Shown here: in pieces, positions 1 to 13,762 of the stretch
How the letters are laid out: the number at the start of each line of letters is the position of its first letter
Position numbering within the stretch: position 1 is the stretch's first letter
Assembly (NCBI GenBank): GCA_002633005.1
Contig: NMRA01000325.1
Location: 390,836 to 454,835, forward strand
Reading direction: 5' to 3'
Source: Phoronis australis
Lineage: Eukaryota; Animalia; Phoronida
Length of the DNA stretch: 64,000 bases
Program-made: the position numbers and the translations under genes
The notes under the pieces: generated by a model
What the model was told of the DNA's origin: nothing
The model's input: the letters and a program-made list of their open reading frames with translations, nothing else
Databases searched by the model: none

Positions 1-221
1 CTTAAATTGCGGGTCGCTGTAGCGAAGAACAGTTTCCTTGACGTAATTTTCGATTCTTTTCGTTCCAAAGCCTTCACGGTTGTTGTCTTGGGCTGCCGAT
101 ATTAATAATTATTGGCAAAGATTAATCATATTTATCGCTCAGTACGCCATGCATAGGAAGGACTGTTAGTGTTAAGCTCATCGGCTAAGATGTTCAACAC
201 AATCTGCTTCAGAGTCGCCAT
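1..221 (-). mobile_element. Degenerate N-terminal fragment of a PIF/Harbinger-like transposase, continuing off the left edge
   Basis: The minus-strand frame ending at base 1 reads ...GFGTKRIENYVKETVLRYSDPQFK, resembling the 'NY...V..YSD..F+.HFR' segment before the HTH of Harbinger/ALP1-type transposases. An in-frame TAA and a frameshift lie between it and ATG 221. Recognised from memory of the motif only. Confidence 0.45.
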
Positions 222-2550
222 ACTGGATCGCACAGTGAGCGCTCACAGCTGTTCAGGAGCCGTTCCTTGTGTTCGTGAGTACACGCTAGCGGGCGCTCAC
301 TCTGTTGAACACGCTTCAGGTGGCGCATCCTGAATGTTACATTTTCTAAGAGTCATTTCAACTCGGGACTTTGAAAACTTCCAAACATGCCAGTTAGGAA
401 AGTTGAATGAAGTTGATTTTTAACACTAGACCATAGCAATTTCCAATATCTGACAATAAACAAAATTTGACTTCAAAAATGCATTTAGTGTCCATGTCTT
501 ATATAAAAATGACAAAATTTTGCCAACAAACTAACTTGACTTCCAAATATTTAAAAAGTTGTGAACATATCCACGATTTTGACACAGTAATGAAAATATT
601 AGGCATTATAGAGATGGGATTGGCTTCTTTACACTCTTAATAAAGATGTTTAATTTCTGGTTGTTCTGATACAAATGAATGTACCAAACTGAGCAGATCC
701 AAAAACAAATATTTTTTTGCTATTCTTAACAATGAAAGATTACATGTTACCCACATCTTAAGAAACTTACCAAAACCTTCAGTTGTACAACCAAAACACG
801 AAAAACTCCAGCACTTTTGCTCCGAGTAGCTAACTGTCAGTTGCCTACAACCACAATTATACCTTGCTTCCTAATATTCAGTAGTTCTAATGAAAACCAT
901 ATGTTATGACTTTCTAAGTCAATCTGTATGCAAACTGAACAACTTGCAGCATAGTTAAACCATGTAAAACATGCACAAACATCAGGAACTGGGTTGTATT
1001 TATGAAATTCAGTGAACCACAAGGACTCTGCAAAAGTAAGGTAAACAATCAGAGAGTTATATACCTGTAACAGAACACACACATGTAGTGTTACATGGAA
1101 CCTGTGAAATATGACTTTCATTATCAGACAAAAACCTCAACAAAAGACAAAATCATCAAAGCTAAAATCTAGCTGGGTTTCCATTAAGAGGAAGACTCAA
1201 GATGGAATTGCTCTCTGCCCAAGAATGGTTACCCAGTAGTAACGTATCGAACAATATTACAGATTTTGAGTTACACATTAGTAATCAGATTCAGTAACAT
1301 TTTACAAATCATACACTTCCTTTGGTCTGTAAACTCATATTTCAATGAAAAATTGGAAACGTCACTAAAAATATCCCAAATTTGTAATTTCGATTGGTTC
1401 ATGAATATTTATCAACAAATAAAAATCACAAAAAATGGAAATTGTTTAGTCCGTCCACACACAGCTTACCCTAGAACTTGCACTAGTGCAACTTACCCCA
1501 ACCAGTATCACCACATGATAATTTCTTCGAATTTAAAAAATCAAAACAAATACTGCTGTGGCTGTCATTTATCCAAAGCATAGGACAATGTAGACTTTGA
1601 CCATGGATTGGTTGATAAAACCTGTAGTATACAAAAATGAGGTGATAAGTGAAAAATATTCCTAGTTCTTAGTGTAAAAATTTGATTTTTCCCTGTTCTG
1701 ATAGGGCAAGTTCTAAATTGAAGGAGCTTCTAAAACAATGGTTTTAAGCACTAATTGTCAAAATTGTGCAATTTTGTTGTTCCTTCATATGATGGCCAGT
1801 TTAGCACATGGCCGTTAATTCTGAACTGAGATATTTGAAGCTTTCATACCAGCACATACATCAAGTTTTGTATATCATGAACATAGAATAAGATGAGTAC
1901 ACAAGTCTCTGGTTGCCCCTAAATCACCACTTAACCTTCATCACCAGGGGGCACTAGTTCACGGCCATTACAAATACAGGAAGTTTAAAAAGTAGACAGC
2001 TGAAACCATTTCCAGCAAGTTGTGTCCTGGATGGAACAGATAAAACAGCTATAAACCTACGTTCCATCAAAGAAACTTTTAATTTCAACTGGTCTCTTTC
2101 AGCTATAGAACAGATTTTAAGTTGTGCCCAACTTAGATGAGAAGTGGTTTCTGAGTTTGACAATGAGTGATAGTTCCTTATTACTTGACTCATTAATTAG
2201 AAGCCAACTGCAATCTCAAATAATAATGGAATGTCAATCTTTTCTGAACACCAAATCCACTTCTAATTATTAGATGTAATTTGATTAAGGAATAATTAAG
2301 ACCAGTTGTATAATGTATATTTGGCCTAAATGTAAAAATTAGTTTTTTGATGGAATCAATGGGCTTGTAGCTATTTAAGTGAATAGAATGGTGACTCCCA
2401 AATGAAAGCAGAAGACAAACATATATTTTCCGTGACAACTCTCCAGTTTGGGTCTTTGGGGGAAATGAAAATATAATTAATTTACTCAGGGTCAGAGCTC
2501 ATACCAAACTTTAGAAAGTCAGTATTAGCCGTCCCAAGTTACAAGAATTA

Positions 2551-4910
2551 CCGTAAACGTTCGGGTTAATGCCCATGCTCAGTTAGCCGCCCACCCCCTA
2601 CTTTAGGTGGATTTTCGATTTAACCACCCACTGCTCGGTTAACCACCCCTCTGCGATTTTTCAAGATTTCCACTTAAACGCCCACCTCTCGGTTAAGCGC
2701 CCATCCCCGACTTTTTAAGATTGGAGATTTAGCGCCCAGTGATAGAAAACGCAACATTCCCGACTTTTAGTTACAGATGATGACCACAACGAGCGCTAGG
2801 ACACTAGGCCTCCGAACGGTGATTGGACAATGTGAATTACGATACACGTAACAAATTATTGTCCAGGGTCATGGCCTTACTTCAAAATATAATACTTGAA
2901 CGTTTTTGTCATTTTATTTTCTTCCCATGTTTGCAAAGTTTAAGAACCCTGCTGGTGTCAATACCTCTACTTTCAGCGACACTGTCTGCCGCGCTGAGTT
3001 TCCGTCTGCAGTGCACTAGATAAAACATATAGGCCTATTCGAAATAATCATGCCAGAGAAATGTGACAATGGTTTTGCCAACCCTCCAAATTCTCTTAAG
3101 GTGGGAAGCTCTGGTATTTTGAAGAATTAATTCCCATAACTCACGGAAAGATGTCAAATTCTTCCTATTTTGATGAATGTTATTGCCAGGTTATTGAGGA
3201 TGTGTGGCAACCAAAGGGACAGTGTGCCTCACTGGGTTACCGATTTGCTGCCTCTCGATTTCTGAGTTCAGAGGTTGGCAATACGTTACTGTATGTCTGT
3301 GTATCAGCTTGAAGTAATAAAAAACTTCTAATACTAATAAAATTTTGTTTTTCGCTTACTGCATCTCAGTCAAACTGGAGTTAGCAGATTTAACTAATGT
3401 CACTGGCTGTTCTTTACTAAGATTTCTTGCGTCAACCTCCGCCTGACTGTGTGAATTTTTGCTTCCATGTTCCCTTTTTAGCCATCCAGAATAATTTTGT
3501 TTCTACAATGGCCTGAACAAAATTCTTACCATTCGAGTCTGAAATATCTACGACGCAGACTGAGTGAAAATTAGTGATAGTTGGTAGGAGGTGCACGCAG
3601 CTAGCTACAGGCATGGCACACTCGGGCCTAAGGAACATCGAGCTGAAAAATATCGAAGTAGACTTGACATCGCAGTTTTGGGGGACATTGGAACGGAGGA
3701 ATATCGTAAAGCACTGGGTCTTTCCTAACAACAGCTTAAAAGCACAACGTCACGCCGGTTTCTTTTACTTAGGACTGTCGCTGTTCTCTTTTGCTGTATG
3801 ACTTTGTAGTGGTGCACGCTCGTAAGTTCCTACACCGAGTGCATGTTACCTTGACACCAACATGTGATTGACAAGTTACTCATACGTAGGCCCTACGTGC
3901 ATGCTGAATCCCGCCACTATCTTTGGCCATTAAAAACGAGACGCATATTGAAAGAAGCCGTTATATTACTTGACAGCCTTTCCAAGTCAAGATTGCCAGC
4001 CGGGACATTGCGCGCAAACAGCGGGACCGACCAGTGCCACAGTGCGATAGTGTAGGTGATATTATAATAGGATATAATCTGGACATCTTGCATGAGTGTA
4101 CAATAAATATGTTTTCCACCACAAAGTTGGGTAAGGTGGTCGTTTAAGAATGAATTGAAGCATCGCTGTTTTGTGATGTTTTATCACATATATGTCGTGG
4201 TTTGAAATTTTCTTCTTAATAAACGACTGGCTCGCGTCCACTTACCCCGCCCCCCGATTCTTGTCTTACTTCTTTGCCGAGGTGTTGACTATAAACATCC
4301 CAAACACAAAACACACATGAATTAGTTTTTCAAAACTTTAGTACAACTATTTTTAAAACTGCTCTGACTCAGAACTTGACAGCTACCATGGGACTATAAC
4401 CTTGATGTCAGCTGTGACCTCTGCAACACGTGAAGCTTGCACGCGCACGCTTTTGCGGTGTCACAACTTGCAATCCAAGTGGAGCGCTGCGTGGTCACTG
4501 GTCGTCTGCGCACTAGTTCTAACAAACTAACAAGACCGCAGGATAGCACGGGTCTATAATTACTCAGCAATTTTGTAAATTTAATTGTGAATGACTAGTC
4601 TGAGGGCAACAGAACCTTTGTTGGGATCATCTGCTGTTATGAAGTTTTTACCGTCATTTGGCGACGTGACGATAAAGCTCTTTGAAAAGTGCTACGTGTT
4701 CCGAGTACTTGTGTCATGTGGGGGACTTTAATCACAAGGTAAGAATAACCGCCCAGGGCGGTTGTCTGTCGTAATAAGCGCCCACGTTTGGTTAACCGCC
4801 CACTCTGGATTTCTTGAAATTTCACGTTTAAGCGCCCATGTCTGGTTAACCACCCACCCCCGATTTTTTGGGTTTGCCAATTTAACCGCCCAGTTTACGA
4901 ACGTTTACGG
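2551..4910. mobile_element. Non-autonomous Tc1/mariner (Tc2/pogo-like) DNA transposon, 2.36 kb
   Basis: Perfect 13-bp TIRs CCGTAAACGTTCG (2551-2563) and CGAACGTTTACGG (4898-4910), flanked by TA on both sides. Arrays of TTAA(C/G)C(G/A)CCCA subterminal repeats at both ends. No transposase ORF recognisable. Confidence 0.85.
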
Positions 4911-5235
4911 TACAATCAAAGGCAAATGATTACTCTTTCAACTTGAACTTACAAACTACGGAGACGCAACTATTTTAAAACTTTATGAACTATCAAGTCT
5001 ATTCTCAAACTCTATTGATTCAAAATGCAATGTCCAGCATTTAAGAAATATGATAAATGCCAAAATCGCCCATGTCCCAATCTTTAGAATTAGAAAATTG
5101 AATTTCAGCTTGAACTTTATTGCCCCAAACTTGATATTTAAAGACACGTAATGCCACAACACAACATAATCACTATGAGAAATATCGCTACAGGGATATT
5201 AGAAGGATTTTAAAGATTGAAATCCCACTAATATA

Positions 5236-5330
5236 GTCACTTATTAGAGTCCCAGATTTTGAGAACCAGTTTTCTCCACTGACTAATGGGGATCAAACTT
5301 GTTCTCAAAATCTGGATCCTTGTAAGTGAC
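5236..5330. repeat. Palindromic MITE-like hairpin (~95 bp)
   Basis: Inverted arms GTCACTTA..CCAGATTTTGAGAAC.AGTTT and AAACTTGTTCTCAAAATCTGG..TAAGTGAC. Confidence 0.7.
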
Positions 5331-6668
5331 CTTTGCCAAAATTTCAGTTACTGCTTGGTGGCTTCTGAAGAGTTGAAATACATTGATAATGAAATTTATT
5401 CACAAAACACCTGGAAAATTTATCAAATCCTCACAAAGTTTCGTTGACATAGAGCAGAATATATTATGAACACACATTTGAAACATGACTTATGTGCTGT
5501 ACGCTTTTGAAACATTAGTTTGACAGTATACAATATTTGAGGCATGATACCAATGAGGTTCTAAAAAGTTAAATACTGGATTATGCTTTAAATATTTCAA
5601 ATCAAAATAAATTGATCAGTCCATTTTTTATTGACTGAGAGAGAAACAGAGAAAGCAAATTCCCACATCCCGTATTGACCAGGTTTGGAAATGGTAGGGC
5701 CACTAATGATGAGTTGCATAAGTGAAGACCAGTTTAGCGAGACCCCACTCAGCTTTTCAAATCCTTTTTATGTTGACAGTGCAAATCACAATATTCATCA
5801 CCTAGACTTTACTTCTATTAGAGTATTTTACTATTCATACTTAAAGCTGCTATAAACCTGCCTTAAACTACAAAAACAAACTTTTGTTTAAGACCACTTA
5901 ACGTTACATTAGGGAATAAGTCTCAAATTGAACCTTGCAGTTGAACTGGAGGTGATGTCAGAGCTTTGACAGAACTGGCAGTTCATTATTTCATGAGATC
6001 AGAGTCTGCAAATTGGCTCCTCACGGGATGTCACTTTATGCACTGAGCATGGTCTCATGGAAAAATGAACTGTCAATAGTTTATAAGTTCTTTGCAAGCA
6101 TAGCAATCATCTGAATAAAGAACAAGTTGAGACCAATGTTAAACTGGTCAGTAGTCAAAATCAAAAAGTTTGCTAAGAGGACAGTATATGAGTTTAATGC
6201 CCCTTTATATAAATTATCAAAATTACTACGTAAAATAATGAATAGCGTGAAATAATGAATAGCACGTCAACAGTTTGTAACAACTATGGGGCAAGTGTCG
6301 TATCAGAGCACAGCCATTACGGTTAAAACTGCAGAGGTAGCACTGCTGTATTTGGGGAAGTGACTACTTTAACAAAGTCGAAAAGACACCATTACTAAGG
6401 GACAACCAAACGAAATCCATATAAACCAAAAGGATAAAAAACCAGCAATAGTCAATTAAAGGGGTTCTGGATTTTGAGAAGCATTTGATGCCCTCATACT
6501 GTGAGACCCCTGTAACAAATGACAATTTATTACCAAAAACTCTATGATTGCGAACATCAACTGTTATCAATGACAAAACCTTTGTTAGAAAAATAAAGTT
6601 TGAACATAATTAAAAAAGAACCATATGTGTTTCTTAAAGCATAGGATATACCGTAAATGCGAACTTAC

Positions 6669-6733
6669 TCAAAGCCTTTGTTTTCTGGAGTGTCACAGTC
6701 CATTCTTACATTGTCTTCCACACAAGCAGACAT
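6669..6733 (-). CDS. Probable first coding exon of an unidentified gene continuing off the left edge (MSACVEDNVRMDCDTPENKGF..., phase 2); whole exon ~6669-6903
   Basis: ATG at 6733, open to a perfect donor GA|GTAAGT at 6669/6668. Pyrimidine-rich acceptor TTTCCCCTGATATCTCAG at ~6904. The region 0.4-13.4 kb looks T/G-rich on the minus strand, as expected for a transcribed intron. Confidence 0.5.
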
Positions 6734-9205
6734 GTCAAACTGATTTTTTTACATGAATCCAAACACAGTCTCGACAATCACAGGATTCTCACACCAATCA
6801 AAGCCAAATTTGTGAGCCTAATTGCTATTCAGTGCCAACAAAGAGAAGGGATCCAGCTCAAAAGATGAGTAATGCAGCCATTCTTATCAACAGCAGCTGA
6901 GCACTGAGATATCAGGGGAAATGTGCGCTAACTAAGCCTTGGGGGAACTTGATAAAACATTGAAATAAAAACAATGAACATCAACCTAGAGAAAATTTCC
7001 ATTAGGTCAAAACCCAAGAGAATGTTAACTAACAATGCTTTTCTATCAAAAAAACCCAAATGTTATTAGCATAAAAGACGTAGAAGGATAGATCTCAGTT
7101 GTTCGGAACATTTAACAATGAAAATATCGAAAATAATTTAACAAAATAACATGGAAAGGGCAAAAAAGAAAGACAACAAAGCTTTTCATTTCACCAGCTT
7201 CATAAGTTCAAGGTGTTACAAATGACTGCAGTCCATAGCTACAGTTCAGTAACCATAATTTCACAAAAACGAAGTGAGGCTAATTCTTTACAAACCTTTG
7301 ATCCACTGTACACCAGGCAGCACTCTTGCTTAAAATCACAAACTGTTAACTGGAAGCCCACTCAAATCGGAAGAAATTTCTACTTACAAATTTATAAGTA
7401 ACACCTCTCCTGACAAACAAAAACTTTAGTTTCATATACTAGTTGCTTCTTGTGAAAAATGATGTGGCTGTCAGTTGCACAGTCTTCAGAACTGACCTTT
7501 CCTCAAGCCAGAGGTCTAGTGGTCAACATAATGAATATGACGACCATGATTATGATTGATGGCTAGTGATTATTACTAGTACCATTAATTGGATTTGGTG
7601 CCGATGATGTTGCTCAGAAGAGGGGTAGTAGGTGGAATAGAAATAAATTCAGGACATGCATATATCATAGGTTAAGATATTTGGTCACCTTTGAATAAAC
7701 AACAACGAAAACAACTTATATGTTTACACACACGGCATTTTATTACCATATCGTGCAACAGAGGGTGTTATGTTTGGAGGCCAGAAACAGTCACAACATA
7801 TTTCACTCAAAGCTAGATATTACCATAGGGTGCGCTAACATTGTCCTAAGTGAAAGAAGCTGTCAATTTATGAACTTTCATGACAAACAATTTAGAGAAT
7901 GGTAAACATAAATCCAACATAAAGCAACACCAGAAGATTTTCTGAAATAGTAGTTAACTTGAAGGTATCAATACTGACTATTTGTGGACAACATTTCAGT
8001 AGATCCCGTCACTGTGAACATGTTAATTTGACAAATGGGAAACAAAATTAGGGTAGAACTGTTACAGCACCGCACTATTTACATACAAAAGGTTAATGCG
8101 TGCCTTACGGTATAACAAAACCTATGTAATAAGAGCTGGCTTAAAATTATATAGAAATATAAAATGCAAGCTGTAAAAGATGAACGTGTTGGTAAAATAC
8201 ATCAGAACAGAGCAAAATGGTTACAAATTACGATGGGTATGCGTTAACTTTTTAAGCAAAGCACATGAAAGTAAATGACTTTTAAGTTGGAAGAATTTAA
8301 TATAACATTCACATCCACATCCACATGAGGGATGGTCTTTGGCTACTACGTGTTCAATATAACATGTAAGGGCTAAACAGAGCAAAAATCTGGACATGTC
8401 CAGAAAAATGACCCATTTAGTGAAGCAGACACCCCATCAATAATAATGGCCATACCAAGTAACATTGTGGCACAGTGGCAAATAATGTTATCATGATGAA
8501 CAGGAGGCCTAGGTCATACAAACAGTGGAGGTCAATAGTTAAATGATGAATGCATAGTTATGAGGTGTTCACTGACCACAGCATATTAATGTCTCATAGA
8601 ATATTTTTTGCAAATAATCAAATGGATAAAAAAGACAGAGAGTTTCGTGCAGAGTTCTCCACAACAGAAAGTTCGATGGGAATAACAAATTCATGGTCGT
8701 GTTTGAAAGTCCATAATTATTGAATCAAAGTCCATATTCAATCTGTGGAGAGTTTGGAAGGTAAATGAACTCCTTTTACTAGCAGTGTCAAAAGTTCAAA
8801 TATCCTGATTTGCTTAAAGAAATAACTAATCTCCCAAATGTTCAAACTCATGGCATAGAATTTCAAAATCCACACAAGAAATGTAAACTTGTTAAGGTGA
8901 AATTTAAACTCCTTATTACAACGAGTCAAAAACAGGTTGTAGAGAACAGTATACTTACAATTTTACAAATGGGTGAAAAAAATGGTTCATAGAAAACTTA
9001 AAAAAGCAATTGATACAAAATCAAGTTTTTGTTTATTTGCAGCAAGTGATCTGGTGTGGATAACAAAAGAGACCAATTCCACAGATCTAGCAGTGTTCAC
9101 TCTATACTTGGAAACAATGGGGTCCAATGGATCCAACTTAAAAAATACGGCCCATTTCACTTTCTAGGACTTTGCAAAAACACTCCAGAAATCAAATCAC
9201 TAGTC

Positions 9206-9275
9206 TCATCTAATCTCATCTAGGCGTTGTCCATCCACTGCAGGATGTAGCCCTCCGACAATGCCTTCCAACTTG
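9206..9275 (-). mobile_element. Very short 3' end of an RTE-clade LINE
   Basis: Minus strand reads GGAGGGCTACATCCTGCAGTGGATGGACAACGCC followed by a TAGATGAGAT-type repeat tail, resembling RTE 3' termini. Confidence 0.35.
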
Positions 9276-10249
9276 TTCAAGAGACAGAACAAATCACTAG
9301 TACAGCATAATATATTAGAAAAAGGAGAAAGATCGCTGCAGTATTTTTATTCATGGAAACAGAGGAAGAATGAAAAAATGATTGTGCTTCTAAAGGTTAA
9401 TGACCCAATATCTAAAAGTTTGTACATTCAGCCAAATATCTACAAGTCAGATGTCTGTACATTCAGTCAAATATCTACAAAACAACAGAATTTAACTCAA
9501 GAAAAATAGATATTTTCTGAAAGTAGAAAACCTGTATAGTTTGATTTCTGAACTTATACCAATGTGCCATTGATTGGGTCATGTGACCATTTATTTTTTA
9601 TTGAAACTACCGGTAAGCAAAATATAAAAATAGAATAAATAAAAAGACCAAATTTCATTTAAAAACTAACAGCGTTTTGTAGAACAGAGCATATTGTACC
9701 ACTTATCTGAAAGTTTCACATGAATCCAATTGACATGATGTTCTGAAGTTAGCCATGTTTAGAATTTTGCTAGGATTCTCTGTACCTTTAAATTATTTCT
9801 GACAACTTCACAAAATTGCGTCCACAGTAACACACCTATCAACTGATTATCAGCCATCTTAAGACTAGCTGCATCATGTGATCGAAATATACTGGATTTG
9901 GCGAACACCGTACGTCAATTTATGATAGTTTTAATTATTACTTACCTAAGTTTAGTGGGTGACCCACACCCAGTTGGATTAAGTGATATCATTTTTGGTG
10001 GAAAATCCCACAAAATGAAAACCAGCAGAGACCATGCAATCTGAACCAAGTAAAATTAGGTGGCAGTAGTGTTATGAGGCTGAGGACACAATGTACCAGG
10101 GGTGGTGCAAATCACATGGTGTAAGTGGTCATATCCAGGATGTCGTCAATCTGACACCCTTGAAGTGGGGTATAACAGGTCAGAGGAGTTAGCTATCACA
10201 GCTAGTCACTTGTAACTTAATACAACTGATTTGTTTGGTTTCAAAAAAT

Positions 10250-10968
10250 GTGTACACCAATTATCTATTGGACAAAATTACTGGATATGGAAGAACAAAG
10301 GTACCCACTGAAGTGTTATAGTATGCTTAGGGAACAAAGTGAAAATGGTAATTGTAACTGGGCACACCCTTGTCGAAGAACTTTTGTCTAGGTACGGCTA
10401 TGGAGAAGTGTGGTTATTTGGCCCAGGCAATAGTGCTGAGTATATTATGGTATTCAAACAGAGATTACTGGATTGTGGCATACAGGAATGGCAACTGGAA
10501 ATAGGTAGCTCAAATAAATATGAATTTTATAGTCTTATTAAACGTGATCTTGTCAGCGAGCAATACGTGAATTGCTTAAGCGCCTATTCAAGAAAAATAC
10601 TTGTGCAATTTCGGTGTTCAGGTAACTCACTTAATATAGAGAAAGGGAGACATATGGGTATTACTAGAAGTGAGAGAATATGCGACATATGCTATCTGGG
10701 TGAAATTGAAGATGAGCCTCATTTCATGTGTCGATGCCCTGTTCTTGGAGACCTTAAAAGAACTCTTCTTCCAGAGCTTGTCAATGTTAATTATTCTCTT
10801 GTTAGGTTATTCCAACAGAAAAATCATGACAGCATCCAACGCCTCGCATTGTATATTCAGAAGGCTATGGGTTTAAGAGAACAACTGCTCTCCGTGTAAA
10901 TATTCTGAATATATGTTTGAATTTATGTATTTATGTATGAGTAGGTAAAGCCTACGATATACAATAAA

Positions 10969-11018
<50 letters not shown>
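10250..11018 (+). mobile_element. 5'-truncated non-LTR retrotransposon (RTE-X-like ORF2 C-terminus with CCHC finger), 3' UTR and (TTA)n tail
   Basis: YWTKLLDMEEQRYPLKCYSML..GNCNWA, then a frameshift into ORF 10339-10899 containing GYGEVW..FRCS..LNIEKGRH..ERICDIC..EIEDEPHFMCRCP. Stem-loop GTAGG-TAAAG-CCTAC at 10941-10955, AATAAA at 10963, then (TTA)16. Confidence 0.85.
10971..11018. repeat. (TTA)16 microsatellite forming the LINE tail
   Basis: 48 bp of perfect TTA repeats. Confidence 0.97.
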
Positions 11019-11019
<1 letters not shown>

Positions 11020-13513
11020 AGATACATTTTATCCACAGTGGACTTGACCTCATTCATCAAATGTCTGTCGTGACCTCACTGCAAGTTACAAAGTCCATGT
11101 TGTACAGTCAATGTTATAAGATGAAGATATACAAAACATCAAACTGTTAACACTGAAAGACCCACAACACCTCTTTGGCGACCAGTCCAGATACAAAACT
11201 AAGACGCTGGAGTTCAGAGTTCAAATCATACATGGGCCCTTTGGATTCTTCATCATTGATACCCAACTATAGTTTGATGCAACAATTTACATATATGTAC
11301 TGTCCTCAGAGGCAGATGGAGAACGGGCATTCCAAGATGTTGAGATTGCTGCTGGGACCTGATACTAGGTGGCACCCATTCTATGAAATTCAGAAGAGTG
11401 CAAAGAAAATACAGGGCTTCTAGGTGACTGAGTTGAATGTACAAAAAGTCCAAACTGAATCACTTGCCTTTGGTCGACCAGTCTAGACAAAAAAGAACAA
11501 CATGGCAGTGACCAGGGTTCAAATCCAGCCTAGACCAGGTGTCTTACAACAGTTTTTGGAAAAAGAGGGAACGTCTGGTCACCTTTATAACAATTGTAAT
11601 GAAGAGGTACATTTCTGCCTCATCTATACAATTTTTGTGACTCAAGCCCTAAGCTAAAAAACAATGCAGGCAAGACTAATCAAACTTCAAACCCACAATG
11701 ACCTATGTGTGCTATATTTAACTGATTTAATGATGGATTTGGTCACAGAACAAACAGGGATACCTTAAAAGTTTTTTGAATAGCATTACACTAGTACATT
11801 GATTCTTCACAGAGCCCTGCACTGCTGAGCAAGGCATTTCCCTCACATAAGCACTTTCACTGCAAGCACAGGCACTCATATATGAGATGGCCACTCAACT
11901 TGACACAATAACATAACACATATACAACACTAATTCTTTCTTACCTGCCCAACCGATGCTCCTTGAACAACTCAAATCACAGCAATGTAGAGGAAAATTA
12001 CACGAGACGCTTACTAGTATGAAAATCCTTGACATATCCATTTAATACATTTGCTGATGCCAATTAAAATGATCAGTACCTCAATATTAATTACCAAGTA
12101 AAAATTCTTATCAAATGCATTTTACATGTGAAAGTTCTTAGTAAAGAACACTCTTCACCCATCTACCAGTGCAAATGGTTCTATGATCTCTTATCAGTAA
12201 CCTCTCTTTCAGTATGTCACAAAAGGTGTTGTTTTCAATTGATGTTTTAACAACATTGTGAGAATGTGGTTAGCCTCATGAGCACACACACTGGTCACAT
12301 AGGCACCTTCGTGTGACTTAAGGTAATTTTTATTGGTAAAGTTGTCAACAAATGTAAGTAACACATGAATTGAAAGTGTCAAATATGTACACAAAAAAAT
12401 CTGATGTAATTTACCCCCAGACAGCCATGATTGCTTAGGTTAACTCTAGAGAATAAACCTACATTGCTCAAAGTTATATTTAATAAGTAGGCAAGCAATT
12501 AAAACCCATTATTTCACAATGATGTAGGGCAGAAACAACAAAACAAACGTTACCACATTCAAGCTCTAGATGCCGAAACGATAAACTTAAGAAGATAAGA
12601 AGATTATTTACAGACAGGTAAGGTAAAAAAACACAAAAGAACTTGCATAAATATACAGATATAAATACTAATGGTTCCCAAACAAAAGACATATGTTATA
12701 CAGTACAAACACAGTAACCAAGTACTTAAAGGTTTTTCAGGTCACTACGGTATCTTACAGGAAGTTTGTTCCACACCTTGGTTGCGAATGGAGTTTAATC
12801 CAAGTATAATGGAACCTACAAGCAGTTGGCCAATCAGCCAGGCATTGATGTCACAAGTAAAATGTTGGCAGTTTAGGCAAACCTCATTTATCCAGTTTGC
12901 TTCAACTCTATTTGCTGTCCTTTCACTATGAAACCTACTTCAAAATATCATGCGCCTGAACATGCAATTTCAAACAGAAATTTGTTCAAAATATCCACTT
13001 CATGAAAGTTGCATATGACCGCACTTCAAACTTCATAAGAGAATAATGGCATTGCCATTAACCAAAGAAGAGTGTAGTTTTTTATGACATAAATGCTGTC
13101 CTAGTGAAGACAAGGACATATAATGTTGACTATTACAACAATTTTTTTGGAAGTGCTTCCTGAGGGAATTGTTGTACATTTTCTACTTATAATAGTGTCA
13201 AATCCAGCATGCCTGTGGCAGAGCTGAAAGTGCAGAGCTTGGAATGACCAATGATAAAACCAAGAAAATTTTCCAGGTAATGTATCATTCCACAAATAAA
13301 TAAGTTTGTGCAATAGAAATATTTTTGTGTTGTAAAATGTAACCGAAATAAATGTTTTTGCATGAATAAAGTTATGATACAAAAGATACAAAAAAGAGGA
13401 TACTGGAAATCAAATAAGAGGAAATCGAAACCAAAAAAGAGGAAATGCTCTTAAAAGAGGAAAATTCCAAGACCCGAGAGTGAGCAATACAGTGCAGAGG
13501 CACTCATTCATAC

Positions 13514-13755
13514 CGTTGGCGTAATGGTTGTTGTGAATTTTGGTTCAAGGTGTGACGTACCATCAAGACCTCAATAACTGTTTACAATATGACAACATTG
13601 ACCTATTGACTGACAAGATTTTGGTAACGTTCGATTCCGCTTATGCTTCTAATTCCAAAAATATTTGAACTTGCCTCTAACTCATTTCATTACTATTTTA
13701 TCGTCAAATTTCTGTTCACACTATTTGCTGGTTGACGTCGCCATGTTCGGTCAAC
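13514..13755 (-). other. Probable non-coding first exon / TSS region of the minus-strand gene
   Basis: YY1-type AACATGGCG on minus at ~13739-13747, local CpGs, donor ACG|GTATGA at 13514/13513. The ATG opens only a 7-codon uORF (MATSTSK*). Confidence 0.4.
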
Positions 13756-13762
13756 TCGAGAT

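Noticed and set aside
11490-11540. Isolated B-box GGTTCAAATCC as a tRNA gene or SINE
   Set aside because: No cloverleaf, clear A box, tail or TSD to support a call.
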